This document shows, in pieces, positions 48,663-59,300 of a stretch of 64,000 bases of DNA. The notes below the pieces were generated by a model. That model was not told the DNA's origin and searched no databases. It saw only the letters and a program-made list of their open reading frames with translations. The DNA is from a virus. Location of the stretch: positions 1-64,000 of IMG/VR virus record IMGVR_UViG_3300035698_031678; one strand, 5' to 3'. The translations under genes were made by a program, and so were the position numbers. Numbering within the stretch: position 1 is the stretch's first letter; each line of letters begins with the position of its first letter.

Positions 48663-51173
48663 ATGAATAATTACTTAGTTTTTAATAGTTTAGGGTTACC
48701 TTTATCTAAAGATATTGAAGGGATGCATGATTTTATCCTAAATATGCCTAGAAATTCTGTTGGAATACCAAATATAGAAAGACTGTACGTTTTTGAAGTG
48801 GTAGATGGAGAAATTGAAAAACCAGAGTTGAATTCCGAAAACACTATTAAAGTTACAGGAGAAGGTTATAACTTGGTTTCTATAGACAACGTTAATGAGT
48901 TGGTTAAATCAAAATCTCTAACTTTCCAAAGACTAAGAGAGTTTAGTGCAGATGCTCCAATAAGTGTAGACATACTTTCTAGTCACAGTAGTAGTGGTGT
49001 TAAAGAAGGTGTCTTAACCATGTTCGGAATAAGCCTGAAGGTTTACACAGAAATAGAAGAAGAAGAAAAAAGGTTTTCAGACCTACTAAATTTACAAGGT
49101 TTTAATCTAAGCTCTAAGGAAGAACTAATATTTAAGTCTTCTGATATAAATGAACCTCTTAACAATGCTCGAAGACTAAACGAAAAAAGAAAAGAGTTAC
49201 TAACTGAACTTAGAGAGATAAAGAAGTACTTACCAACCACTGTTGGTATAGAAAGACTAGTGAAGTTCTTCGAATATGAAGGAATAGTTGAGGTTAAAGA
49301 ATTTTGGTTAAATAAAACTAGCGGTCTTTTGGAGATAATGTCTTTAAGAGATAACCCTAGTAGGAATTTAAAGAAAACAAACAAATTTTCCATATTTTAC
49401 AAGGAAGATTATCCTAGTAAAGAGAACAATGAAGATGGTTTGCCAATAGTGGTAGACAATTTTTTAATTTCTGATGAAGAGGTACTTATTAAATTACTAT
49501 CTCTAAGAGATTACCTCAATTATAATGAAGTTGGTGGTATATCAAACATAATAGACGTAATTGGAGAATATCATAGGTATTACGCTTATGAGATAAAACA
49601 CTGGAAAGGTGAAAATGAATTAACTACCAGAGATCTGGATCTTTTTGTAGAGTTGGATATTTCTACTGACAATTACGTAAAAAAATTGAGACCTAATAGC
49701 GTATTTACGTTTCAGCCTAATATAACCAATAGTGAAATAGCTAGTAAAACAATTTTTGACCTAAAAGACCATTTAATATCTTGGTTTGAACCTAAGTTTA
49801 CTACTACTATAGAGATGTTAGATCAACCAGATTTGTTGGTGGGTTCTACTGTTTCTATTAGAGATAAGACATTTGATATAGCCTTTAGTGCTTTTACTGG
49901 TTCTTGGGATAGTAATGAAATAAACTATACTTGGGGTAATGTTAGTTCTCCTTACCACTACAAAACAATAGTAGTGATTACTAAAAACGTAGAGATAGAT
50001 GGTAGAGATTTTAAACTAACGCTTGAAGGTTTACCAGAAGATTTTAAAAATTTTGACGTAATTTTACCTTTTGATGGAGTTTATTCCATAGAACTTGTAC
50101 ACTTAGGTTATGATGGAGAAAATCTTTCTATTAAAATCAATAATGCAATTGTAGTACAAAAATATACTACGGAAATAGTAATGTTCTACAAGTCGTACAA
50201 CCCAGAAATACAATACTGGAAGGGTAACTATGAAAGCTGGGATAAACTTGGAGAGAGTTGGTCGGAAACAATAACTTCTAACAGCGGAAAGATATCTGAT
50301 TCTATACTTCCAATAGACAATCTTAATTACAACGATATTCTTAGAAGTGGTAAAGAAATTGTTAATGTTAAATGGGAAGATGACATAACAACCTGGGATC
50401 AGAGAAAAAACTTTAGGTGGAAAGATTTTGAAATGAATCTAGAAACAATACCTAATGTTAAATTATCTTTTTTTTCTCATGGTGGAGAAATATGGCTTAA
50501 CAATTTTAGAATGGTTATACCAGAGCAAATTCAAGAAAGCAATTTTGGTGGTTTTACAATTTGGTTCAATGATAATTGTCCAGAAGGCTACAAAGCGTAT
50601 CATAGAAAAACAAATTTCAAAAATTGGATAGAACTATACAACCATAATGAAACTTACAAAAAAGATATAATCTCTATTAATTCTAAGAACGAAATACTGG
50701 ATATGGGTAACAAATCTGGGATAAGGACAGAGGTGGTTAAAGTTATAAGCGCTGTTCCAAGTAGAAGCTCGGCATTATTTGTTGGTTCTTTAATCGCAGA
50801 CCCATTTACTGCATTACAACAAACAAACCTAGTTTTAGAAACAAATACACTCACCAAAAGGCTATTGCAAAATTACTCTTGGTCTAAAGAGGAAGCTTAT
50901 TTTGGTTGGGATAATATAATATACTCTAAAAATGGTGTAGAAGTTCCTTCTGGAGTACCAATTTTTTTAACCGCTAATAACGCTATTGGTGGTAAAATGA
51001 ATGTTAAATGGTACTTTAAAGACAATTTTGGAAACGTACTATTTACTAAGTATGGAATAACTACAGGGTTTATAGCGCCAGAACCTGGTCTTTACACTTA
51101 CGAAGTAGAAATAGAAGACAATGAGTCAAATAAATACACAATAGAAAAGACAAACTCAATCAAAGTTTTATAA
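48663..51173 (+). CDS. Virion structural protein with Trp repeats and a C-terminal PKD/Ig-like domain
   Basis: 836 aa; periodic W motifs; PGLYTYEVEIED. Confidence 0.5.
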   Translation: MNNYLVFNSLGLPLSKDIEGMHDFILNMPRNSVGIPNIERLYVFEVVDGEIEKPELNSENTIKVTGEGYNLVSIDNVNELVKSKSLTFQRLREFSADAPISVDILSSHSSSGVKEGVLTMFGISLKVYTEIEEEEKRFSDLLNLQGFNLSSKEELIFKSSDINEPLNNARRLNEKRKELLTELREIKKYLPTTVGIERLVKFFEYEGIVEVKEFWLNKTSGLLEIMSLRDNPSRNLKKTNKFSIFYKEDYPSKENNEDGLPIVVDNFLISDEEVLIKLLSLRDYLNYNEVGGISNIIDVIGEYHRYYAYEIKHWKGENELTTRDLDLFVELDISTDNYVKKLRPNSVFTFQPNITNSEIASKTIFDLKDHLISWFEPKFTTTIEMLDQPDLLVGSTVSIRDKTFDIAFSAFTGSWDSNEINYTWGNVSSPYHYKTIVVITKNVEIDGRDFKLTLEGLPEDFKNFDVILPFDGVYSIELVHLGYDGENLSIKINNAIVVQKYTTEIVMFYKSYNPEIQYWKGNYESWDKLGESWSETITSNSGKISDSILPIDNLNYNDILRSGKEIVNVKWEDDITTWDQRKNFRWKDFEMNLETIPNVKLSFFSHGGEIWLNNFRMVIPEQIQESNFGGFTIWFNDNCPEGYKAYHRKTNFKNWIELYNHNETYKKDIISINSKNEILDMGNKSGIRTEVVKVISAVPSRSSALFVGSLIADPFTALQQTNLVLETNTLTKRLLQNYSWSKEEAYFGWDNIIYSKNGVEVPSGVPIFLTANNAIGGKMNVKWYFKDNFGNVLFTKYGITTGFIAPEPGLYTYEVEIEDNESNKYTIEKTNSIKVL

Positions 51174-51556
51174 TGAGTAAAAAAACGCAAATAAAAAACG
51201 CCAGCGCTTCTTCTAGTAACGAGACAGTAAGACAGATATTTAACGATAATTTTAATATTATCAGAGACTATTTCAGTACTGAAAAAGTTTCTAACAATTC
51301 TGTAATAAAAACCAATAAAGCTGTTTCTTTCCAATTTCCCGAAGGAGAGCTAGTTGAAGGTAGATATCAACTTGACTACAAAAATGGAGTATTTTCCGTA
51401 ACAAGATACAAAGGAACACAAAAGGTGTATAACGTTGGTGACAATGCTATCATAGGTTCCAAACATCAACTAATACTATCAGGTGAAATAGAAAATAACG
51501 GTGGTAGTGTTGAAATAGAGTCTGGTGGAGAATTAATAATAATAGAAGATAACTAA
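51173..51556 (+). CDS. Hypothetical virion protein
   Basis: N-terminal RQIFNDNF motif typical of fibre/baseplate proteins. Confidence 0.45.
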   Translation: MSKKTQIKNASASSSNETVRQIFNDNFNIIRDYFSTEKVSNNSVIKTNKAVSFQFPEGELVEGRYQLDYKNGVFSVTRYKGTQKVYNVGDNAIIGSKHQLILSGEIENNGGSVEIESGGELIIIEDN

Positions 51557-51558
51557 AA

Positions 51559-51918
51559 ATGATAGTATTTAAAGATAATATACTCGTAGAACCTGTTTTA
51601 AACAAAAGCATGGGTGATATTACTCTTAATGATAGAGTACTAGAGAAAAATGTAGAACAAAGAAAAAATCTTGGTGTAGTAATTGCAATATCTGATGGTA
51701 GCAACAAGGTCAAAATAGGAGACTATGTGGGTTATGCTAGTAGTGATGGAGTTAACGTAAAAAACGGTTTAAAAAAATACGTATTGCTTAGCAAAAGAGA
51801 AACTTTGTTTCAAACAGATGAATTAGAAGGGCTGGCAGTACACGATCACGAAAGGTATGAAGGAATAGATAGATTAGTTTCTAAGCATTACCACAAAAGA
51901 GAAGGTGTAAAATTATAA
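51559..51918 (+). CDS. Second, stand-alone GroES-like protein
   Basis: DNILVEP...GVVIAI...VKIGDYVGY...G..V......YVLL. Confidence 0.7.
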   Translation: MIVFKDNILVEPVLNKSMGDITLNDRVLEKNVEQRKNLGVVIAISDGSNKVKIGDYVGYASSDGVNVKNGLKKYVLLSKRETLFQTDELEGLAVHDHERYEGIDRLVSKHYHKREGVKL

Positions 51919-53037
51919 CCAATTTTTATCAAAAACACTGCTACCTAAATAATCATAAAAAGAATTTTTCTTTCTTACCATTTTAGGAAAGTTTTTAAAT
52001 ATATCGTTAAAATCTTTACAATTTTCAGTAAATGGGTAGTCCTTCTTAAACTTTCTCCACAAGAAAACTTCGCTACCACTATTAAGCCTTTTTATTGCAG
52101 CAGCCCTACCAGCAATATCATCATCAAAGAAATATGCTGCATTTGGAAAAGAGATAATATTGTTTGATCCCCACAATGCCATACTATTATTGAAATATTT
52201 TGAATCTAGTGCGGATTCAAAAATACTAACCTTTTTGCTAAAGTCTACATTCAATAAGTTATACATTAGGCTTATCCTATCAACCTCTTTAGCGAATTCT
52301 TCATCAAAATCTTCAGTTTTAAGAATCTTTTTGTATATGTCAGAAAAGGAATAAGATATAAATCTAGAACCATTGTCTAAAGGCTTTGACAGCCTTAGTT
52401 GCACCCCTATTACTTTACCGTTAAAAGTGTTAAAAGTATAAAGGTTTTTGAAAGAACTGTTCCAATACATGTCTTCTCTTTTAACAGTATCATAAGCATT
52501 TCTGCCAGTTAAATAATGATAAGCATCTACAGAAAGATCTACTTGAACAAGCCCATGAGCTTTGGCTATGGCTTTAGGGCAATGCATAAACTTCTCATCA
52601 TAAAACTCTGCTAAGGATTTCTTGTTAGAATTATTGTTTACAATGTGATCTACTGAAAGACTTTGTAATTGAGATATGGATAGTTCACCATCAGAAAATT
52701 GTTCTAAAAAAACATGTAAAGGTCTGTAAGTAAAACAACCTCCATTCCAACACTTAAAAGAACTAGTGTCTAAGTAGATTTTACCTCTTTTCTTAGCAGC
52801 ATCTTTATTACTATCTCCACAATAAGGGCAAGCTATTGAATAACCTTTAGCAGTAGGTTGAATGGTAGTTTTTTGAGGTTCTGTTGGAAATCTTTTTTGA
52901 AGAAGTTTATGAAGCACTTTAAGTATATCTTTTGCTCCAACAGCTTTCTCTTTAGATTTTATGGATTTATCTTCTCCACCAAACAAACCAAATTCTATTT
53001 TTTCTTCATCTATCATGATAAAATAATTATTAGCCAT
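51913..53037 (-). CDS. DNA primase (T4 gp61-like)
   Basis: CPYCGDS...KRG...FKCWN zinc finger; Toprim IFES..D, FDDD.AG, KDFND. Confidence 0.88.
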   Translation of the reverse strand: MANNYFIMIDEEKIEFGLFGGEDKSIKSKEKAVGAKDILKVLHKLLQKRFPTEPQKTTIQPTAKGYSIACPYCGDSNKDAAKKRGKIYLDTSSFKCWNGGCFTYRPLHVFLEQFSDGELSISQLQSLSVDHIVNNNSNKKSLAEFYDEKFMHCPKAIAKAHGLVQVDLSVDAYHYLTGRNAYDTVKREDMYWNSSFKNLYTFNTFNGKVIGVQLRLSKPLDNGSRFISYSFSDIYKKILKTEDFDEEFAKEVDRISLMYNLLNVDFSKKVSIFESALDSKYFNNSMALWGSNNIISFPNAAYFFDDDIAGRAAAIKRLNSGSEVFLWRKFKKDYPFTENCKDFNDIFKNFPKMVRKKNSFYDYLGSSVFDKNWL

Positions 53038-53065
53038 AACAGGATTTTCTCTGTTATGGCTAATA
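53028..53065 (-). promoter_or_regulatory. 15-bp hairpin covering the primase start codon
   Basis: TATTAGCCATAACAG-gattttct-CTGTTATGGCTAATA; the start codon (53035-53037) lies in the stem. Confidence 0.7.
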
Positions 53066-53086
53066 TAAAATTAGTAAGCTATTCTA

Positions 53087-54280
53087 TTAGTCTAGACTTA
53101 CCGCACTGATATCTTCATAGTCAACGTCTTGAATTGCACCTTTCTTAGCATTATCAGTCTTAGCAGTCTTAAGTTCGGCAACATCCTCCTCTGCATCTGG
53201 AATAGCATCAGCATCTGGCATAGCAGCCGATTCACCTTTATTGTTATTTGCAGAAAAGTAACTTTTACCATAAGCAGAAAAGTAAATCTTGTCAAATAAT
53301 GCTGGATTACCAATGGTCTTCTTGATAGATTCAATGATATCATTTTCAGTATCAGTATCCCATTTTTTAGGCATGTAATCCTCTAAAACTGGGGTTTCAG
53401 CATTAAGGTAATTAAACATTCCTCTCATACCATCTTTGTCTTTCCACCACTCTCCTTCAACTTCATCAAAAGTTAATGGTGTAGCAGCATCAGCAAACAT
53501 ACTCTTATCGTAGTTCGTAATGGTCATTTTGTCGTCACTACCTTTTCTGTCCACTTGTTTCTGATTTATCTTTAGAATAAATCTGTGACCTTTGATTGGG
53601 TCAGAATACAGTTTAGAGCTAATTCCGTTTTCAGGATCACTCTTTAGTGCGCCATCAATCAATTCATCAACTTGCTTAGCAAATCTGAAAATCTTAATTT
53701 TGCCATTTAATTCTGGTTCTTGAGCATCCTTGATGATCTGGTAAGGGGCAAAATGGTAAAGTTTTCTGCTAAACAAACTTGCCATGTTTTGGAAAGCTAG
53801 TGAATCATGACCTCTGAGAGCAAAAAATGCTTTAGTAAGGATGTTATTTCTATCACCCCAAGCTCCAGCATCATCTACCATGATTCTACTGTCTAAATTG
53901 TTTGGGTTAGGTATCCAACTAACATACTTACTAACGATATTTGTTAGACTGTTGTTTTTGTTGGCTCTAGGGTTTTTTAAAAACCTACCAGTAGCATTGT
54001 ACTCCTTGTTCACAGCCTTTTCGTGATCTACACTTGGGGCATATAAATTAAGGTCTCCTTGATACTCCTGTACTATGTCTTCGCTCTTTAAATCTTCAGC
54101 GTCACTTTCGAAAAAATCTGAAAAATCTTCTTCCATGTCTACATCTTCAACTTTACCAGATGTTTGAGGATTCTCGTCATGTTTTTCTAGGGCTTCATCA
54201 GTTTTTCCTGGGATTGGTGCGCCAGTGTTCATTGATTCTGGAACTAATTCTTCTTTCACTTTTTTTGCTTGTTCACTCAT
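53087..54280 (-). CDS. ssb: Single-stranded DNA-binding protein (T4 gp32-like)
   Basis: YNATGRFL, IIKD...PELNGKIKIFRF, DPIKG..F.LKI, NYDKSMF, acidic termini. Confidence 0.8.
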   Translation of the reverse strand: MSEQAKKVKEELVPESMNTGAPIPGKTDEALEKHDENPQTSGKVEDVDMEEDFSDFFESDAEDLKSEDIVQEYQGDLNLYAPSVDHEKAVNKEYNATGRFLKNPRANKNNSLTNIVSKYVSWIPNPNNLDSRIMVDDAGAWGDRNNILTKAFFALRGHDSLAFQNMASLFSRKLYHFAPYQIIKDAQEPELNGKIKIFRFAKQVDELIDGALKSDPENGISSKLYSDPIKGHRFILKINQKQVDRKGSDDKMTITNYDKSMFADAATPLTFDEVEGEWWKDKDGMRGMFNYLNAETPVLEDYMPKKWDTDTENDIIESIKKTIGNPALFDKIYFSAYGKSYFSANNNKGESAAMPDADAIPDAEEDVAELKTAKTDNAKKGAIQDVDYEDISAVSLD

Positions 54281-54360
54281 GTTTTCTAAATATTAGATTT
54301 GTTAACGTCGTTATATGGTAACGACAACCAGTAAATTAACTATTATATACTTAAGGTGTT

Positions 54361-55140
54361 TCAAAATATATTATTGTTACTAAAAAATCTTTCTCCATCA
54401 GAATAAGTTATACCAACTATGTACTTATTACCAGTTCCTTTGTGTAAAATAGTTCTATCCATGTGGTAAGATTCCGTAAAAAGGCTTATAGTGTTGTAGG
54501 TAATGCTGTCAAACAAAGGTTCTGGTATTACCCTTATGTTTTGTATAAGGTCTGGCGAATTAATTTTAGACTTCATTTCTTTGATAGCTTTACAACAATC
54601 CAAAAAAGAAGATCTGTTAAAAAAATGTTCTCTACCATCTATAGCGTTCAAAACATGTATAGTAGTAAGCTTACCGAATAACTCAAATGCTAGTCCCATG
54701 TCTAAATTAAAATGCTCTTTAAGTTTGTCTTCTACGTAGTAATCTACATGACCTTGAACTAACTTTTCTTGGTGTGGTAGTAGACATCTTATTAAATGAG
54801 TGCCTTTATCGGAATGAGAGTAAATGTCTGTAACTTTAGCTATGTAAGACAAGTAAGTTTCTTGTAACTTAGTAAAACCAAATACTGTGGTCTCTTTTGT
54901 TATTAACTTGTTGTAAATTATTTTTTCCGTAAAGATATTGTTACCATTAATAACGAAAGACAATTCATCTAGTATGTAGTTTAAGTAGTTAGAATCTATG
55001 TCTTTTACAACTCTGCCTTCCGAAGTTTCTGTTTCAAAAAGAGTATTGATATATGGAAAGTTTTTGTAAAAATCATTAATTCTTGGATTCTTGCTGTTTT
55101 TGTCTATTAAAATCATTCTTACCTTTTTTAAATACACCAT
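54361..55140 (-). CDS. Hypothetical protein
   Basis: 259-aa ORF. Confidence 0.55.
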   Translation of the reverse strand: MVYLKKVRMILIDKNSKNPRINDFYKNFPYINTLFETETSEGRVVKDIDSNYLNYILDELSFVINGNNIFTEKIIYNKLITKETTVFGFTKLQETYLSYIAKVTDIYSHSDKGTHLIRCLLPHQEKLVQGHVDYYVEDKLKEHFNLDMGLAFELFGKLTTIHVLNAIDGREHFFNRSSFLDCCKAIKEMKSKINSPDLIQNIRVIPEPLFDSITYNTISLFTESYHMDRTILHKGTGNKYIVGITYSDGERFFSNNNIF

Positions 55141-55648
55141 TACTATCTAAAGGATTAGCGTAGAGTTCTTTGGATAAAAAATTAATGTAGTCATAATTGG
55201 GTTTCCCAGAATCTATCATGGGTTGTATTATTCCTCCAATAAGTTGAACCTCTATATTTAAAGATATCATGTCAGAATAAGAATAACTTAACTCATACAA
55301 TTCTTTTTGAAGTTCTTGATAAAATTTTAATATCTCATTAATGTCTCTTCCACTTAAAATGTGAATCATATAATTCAAGTCAAAACAATTCCTTATGTTG
55401 GCTATTATAATCATCATTTCCAACATTCTAACATCTGTTTCAGAACTGTTAAATTCAGACATTTTGTATTTAGGTAAGATGTAATAAGACAAAGGGTAAT
55501 CATCAAAAAGGAAACCTTCGTCAAAGCTATCCTTGCTTACAGGCTTGCCATTTATACTTATTACACCAATGAAAGGAATATCATTGGTGCTAATTGGAAA
55601 ACCATCGTAAGTAGTGTTAGGTGTTATGTCACAATATAAAACATCCAA
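55076..55648 (-). CDS. Hypothetical protein
   Basis: 190-aa ORF. Confidence 0.5.
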   Translation of the reverse strand: MDVLYCDITPNTTYDGFPISTNDIPFIGVISINGKPVSKDSFDEGFLFDDYPLSYYILPKYKMSEFNSSETDVRMLEMMIIIANIRNCFDLNYMIHILSGRDINEILKFYQELQKELYELSYSYSDMISLNIEVQLIGGIIQPMIDSGKPNYDYINFLSKELYANPLDSNGVFKKGKNDFNRQKQQESKN

Positions 55649-55704
55649 GTTTTTATAATTTTAAGAGTTATATAAAATAGAAAGTACTTTAACCTTTTAA
55701 CCTT

Positions 55705-56031
55705 TTAACCTCTTAACCTTTTTAATTTTCTTATTTTGTTTCTCCTGGACAAGGCGTTCATTGTAAAACTTTCAAATAAATCTACAGTAGTGTCGGACTT
55801 ACCTAACATCACCAACAGATCCATGAAATCATCTATAACATCTGTGTCTTCCATATCGACATCTTCACCCATTGGGTTAAAGTCAGGGTTTTTGGAATTG
55901 ATTTTTCCCCAACCTTTGTTAAAATCCTCAAGAATTTTATCTTTAATATCTTCTTCTTTGATTACTCTACCAGTAACGTTATTAATGGTGAATATTTCTG
56001 CAAGTTCTTTTTTAGAGTATTTTGACTTCAT
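55705..56031 (-). CDS. Hypothetical protein (possible head-internal protein)
   Basis: LFES motif; basic C-terminus; same operon as the LNES polyprotein. Confidence 0.5.
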   Translation of the reverse strand: MKSKYSKKELAEIFTINNVTGRVIKEEDIKDKILEDFNKGWGKINSKNPDFNPMGEDVDMEDTDVIDDFMDLLVMLGKSDTTVDLFESFTMNALSRRNKIRKLKRLRG

Positions 56032-56037
56032 TTTATT

Positions 56038-56310
56038 TTACTTTAAATAATCTGTAATGGTATCTACATCCCAACCTTCATCATTATCAGGTTTGCTTTC
56101 GACAACTTTTATTATCTGTGGTAAAGTCCAACCATCTTTAATAAGAAATTCTTTAACTTCTAGAACGTTTTCCATTTCGCTGGAACTATATTCTTCCATT
56201 ATGTTCGACAATTCCAATATAATATCGGATTTAGACCATTTGTTGCCTTCAAATTCTTCGTTTAATAATTTAACGTCTTTAGACTCAAGTAATTTTATTA
56301 ACACACTCAT
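56038..56310 (-). CDS. Hypothetical protein (possible head-internal protein with cleavable N-terminal leader)
   Basis: N-terminal KLLES...KLLNEE. Confidence 0.5.
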   Translation of the reverse strand: MSVLIKLLESKDVKLLNEEFEGNKWSKSDIILELSNIMEEYSSSEMENVLEVKEFLIKDGWTLPQIIKVVESKPDNDEGWDVDTITDYLK

Positions 56311-56315
56311 AGTTT

Positions 56316-59300
56316 TTATTTTAAAAAATCATCTATAGCTGAAGTAGCATCATCTGCAGCCTTGTTTAAATTTTTGGAAATATCTTCCTCAAAACCTTTT
56401 ATCTTTTCTTTATGGGCTTTGATTTGGTTTTCTAACTTTAACTTAACATCAACGTCTTCAGTTCTAGAAATTTCTTCCTCTTTTTCTGCAATTCTATTTC
56501 TCTGCTCTTTTATTTTAGATAAGATATTTGCTTCTGATTCTTTAGACTTTTGATCTTGTAGTGATTCAAGTTCAGAATCTATTTTGTCTAGTTCAGACTG
56601 CTTAGTGTCTTTGTCCAAGTTCTGATCTCCTGAAACGGTCTTTTTGTTATCTTTTAAAGACTTTATTTTTTCATCTAGAGCGGATTCGTTCATTGCATCA
56701 GAAACATTGTGCTTAACATTCATGGTTTCTAAGACTTCTTTGATTTTATCCATATCAGAATCAGAAACATTTTTGAAGACTAATTTTTTTCTATCTCCTT
56801 CTGACTTTTCAACTTCAGTACTTAAAATACCAGTCTCTATTATGTCTCCCATAAAATTATCTGCATCAGAAGCAGAATTAAAAGTTACGGTTCTATCGCT
56901 AGAATTTGACTCATCTAAACTTTTCACCAAGTTGTATCCATTGGTTTTAATGTCTAAATCCATTTCTTCCTTAGAATCAAATCTTTCAAGATGTAAGCCA
57001 TCGTTATCAAAAAGAAAATAATCTTCACCTTCTTTTTTCATGGTAACTCTGTTATCTTCATATAGCTCTTCAGAAATTTCATGACCAAAATTAGCATTCA
57101 ACATGTCTTTGTCTTCTTCTATAACAACGTCTGTACAATTTGACTCAAACAGAACTGTTTTTATTAGTGCTATTTCTCTATCGAAGAAACTTTCGTAGAG
57201 GTTGGTAAATTGATATGAATTCTTTGACTTTCTTGTTAATTTAATGTTACTACCATTAGGGTTTCTTTTGGCAATAGCTTCATTAAGGTGTGATACCAAA
57301 GAATCATCAGAATCATATTTAAAGGCTTCTAGCTTTTCACACTCAACTAAGATACCATAGAATCTTTCAATGTTATCATAGATAAGAGGATAATTAGCAA
57401 GCTCTTCTTTGTCTATCCAAGCGTGATCTTGAACTTCATCATCAGTATATTCTGTTTCTTGAGTAGTAATTTCACCCATAAAGTAGTTAGATATACTACC
57501 TTCATCATTAGCGTATTCTCCAACTCTTACTGGATTTATAATGTCTAATCCTACTTCCTCTTTACATTCTCTAATGCAACCTTCTATAGATGTTTCGCCA
57601 GTCATTACTTTACCACCTGGAAAACCCCATTTACTAGGTTCAAAGTCAGATTCTGAAGATCTTTGCATTAACAAATATTTTCCTTGTTGATCTCTGACAA
57701 TCATATCAGCGTAAATTTGCATTGGAGAATCTATACCCATTTCTAATGCTGCTTCACTAAGGTCTTTAGCGTGTTTTTTAGCATAGTTTAGCCCTTCTTT
57801 TATACCAACATTTTCTTTTATAACCTGACCTATTTTACCACCTTCATAAGGGTGTAAGTCAAATTTACTAGAAGACTGGCTTCTGATTTTAAAGTAGAAC
57901 TCTCTACCAGATTCGTCTTTGATAGTTACATCTTTACCTGAATCACCTTGGGTATTAGATGTTTGGGTAAACTTAGATTCGTTTAAGTTACCTTTTACTA
58001 TTTTGCTAAGCTCCTCTTCATCTAACCAAATGTTTATTGGTCTACCTTCATTCATTTTAAAAACACAACTTACGTCTCCGATTTTACCGACTCTAACTAC
58101 TTCGTTATTACCGATTTTTTGTGGTGGAGTTTTGAAACTTGTTATGTTGAAGTTGAAGTGTTTGTTTATTTCTTCTACAGTTTCTAACTTGGATTCAGAA
58201 TCGTCTAAGGCAAAAATGCAAATAGGGTCTACTATCTCAAGTGTATTAATAACAAAGTCTATAAATTCTTCTTGATTTTCTTTAATCAGAGCATACTCTT
58301 CTAAAGTGTGATAAGAAACTATTGTGCCATTGTATATCTTAGTGAAGCTTTCATCAATGTCAGAAAGGTCACTTTTAACCTTAAATAAGTAGTCAGTCAT
58401 ATAAACACTACCACTTTTAGTAGTTACAAGGTTTTCATCAACAGATTTAACTGTAAACAATGTATTTGGATGATCTGAATGACCGACCAGGTCACCAGCT
58501 CTTATTTTGCTTTTAGTACCAACCATTTTTGAATTGACATCAAGATTTAAAGGTGGATTTACTGGGTCAATATTCCATTCTTTAAAGCTTTTTGATTCTG
58601 ACATGTTCAATGTGTTAGCCAGAGTTAGGTCAAATTTCAGAACGCCATCTTTTAAAGAAAAAACGTAATATCCCTTAACTAACAGGTTTAATTTTTTAGC
58701 CCAGACTTTAATTTCATTCTTTATCTCCTTACCCAATTTAGTAGAAAAGAATCTTTCACCATAGGGAGTGTTGTAATTTTCAGATTTTTTAATATCAATA
58801 TCAAAACGATATACTAAATTAACCTTAGAACTATCGTTAACAAGTTCGCCATTTACATTACCAGTCTCTGAGGTGTTACCAATTTTATCTTTTAAACCAT
58901 TAATATTTGATTTAACCAAGTCTTGAGCCTTAGTAAGGTTTTTAGAAATTATTTTTTCAACATCTTTAATTTGATCTTCTATTACTTTTTTAAAAGAGTT
59001 TTTATGTCCATCAAATCCAACAGATTTCTTACCATACCAATCATCCATACTTTCAGGCAAGTTTTTCTGGTAATTTAAAAAAGGGACTCTGAAAGTTTCT
59101 AGAATTTCATTAATCCCTAAACCATTTGATAAATGTTCAACATACAAAGATTTTAAAGTAGATTTTGAGTTAAGAGTAGAATTTGAAAACACACTACTAA
59201 AGAATTCTTCATGGTTATTTTTAGAATTTCTAGATTCTAGTAACTCACCATATCCAACTGCATTACCTCTGTTTGCCATAGCTCCAGCAGCTGCTCCATC

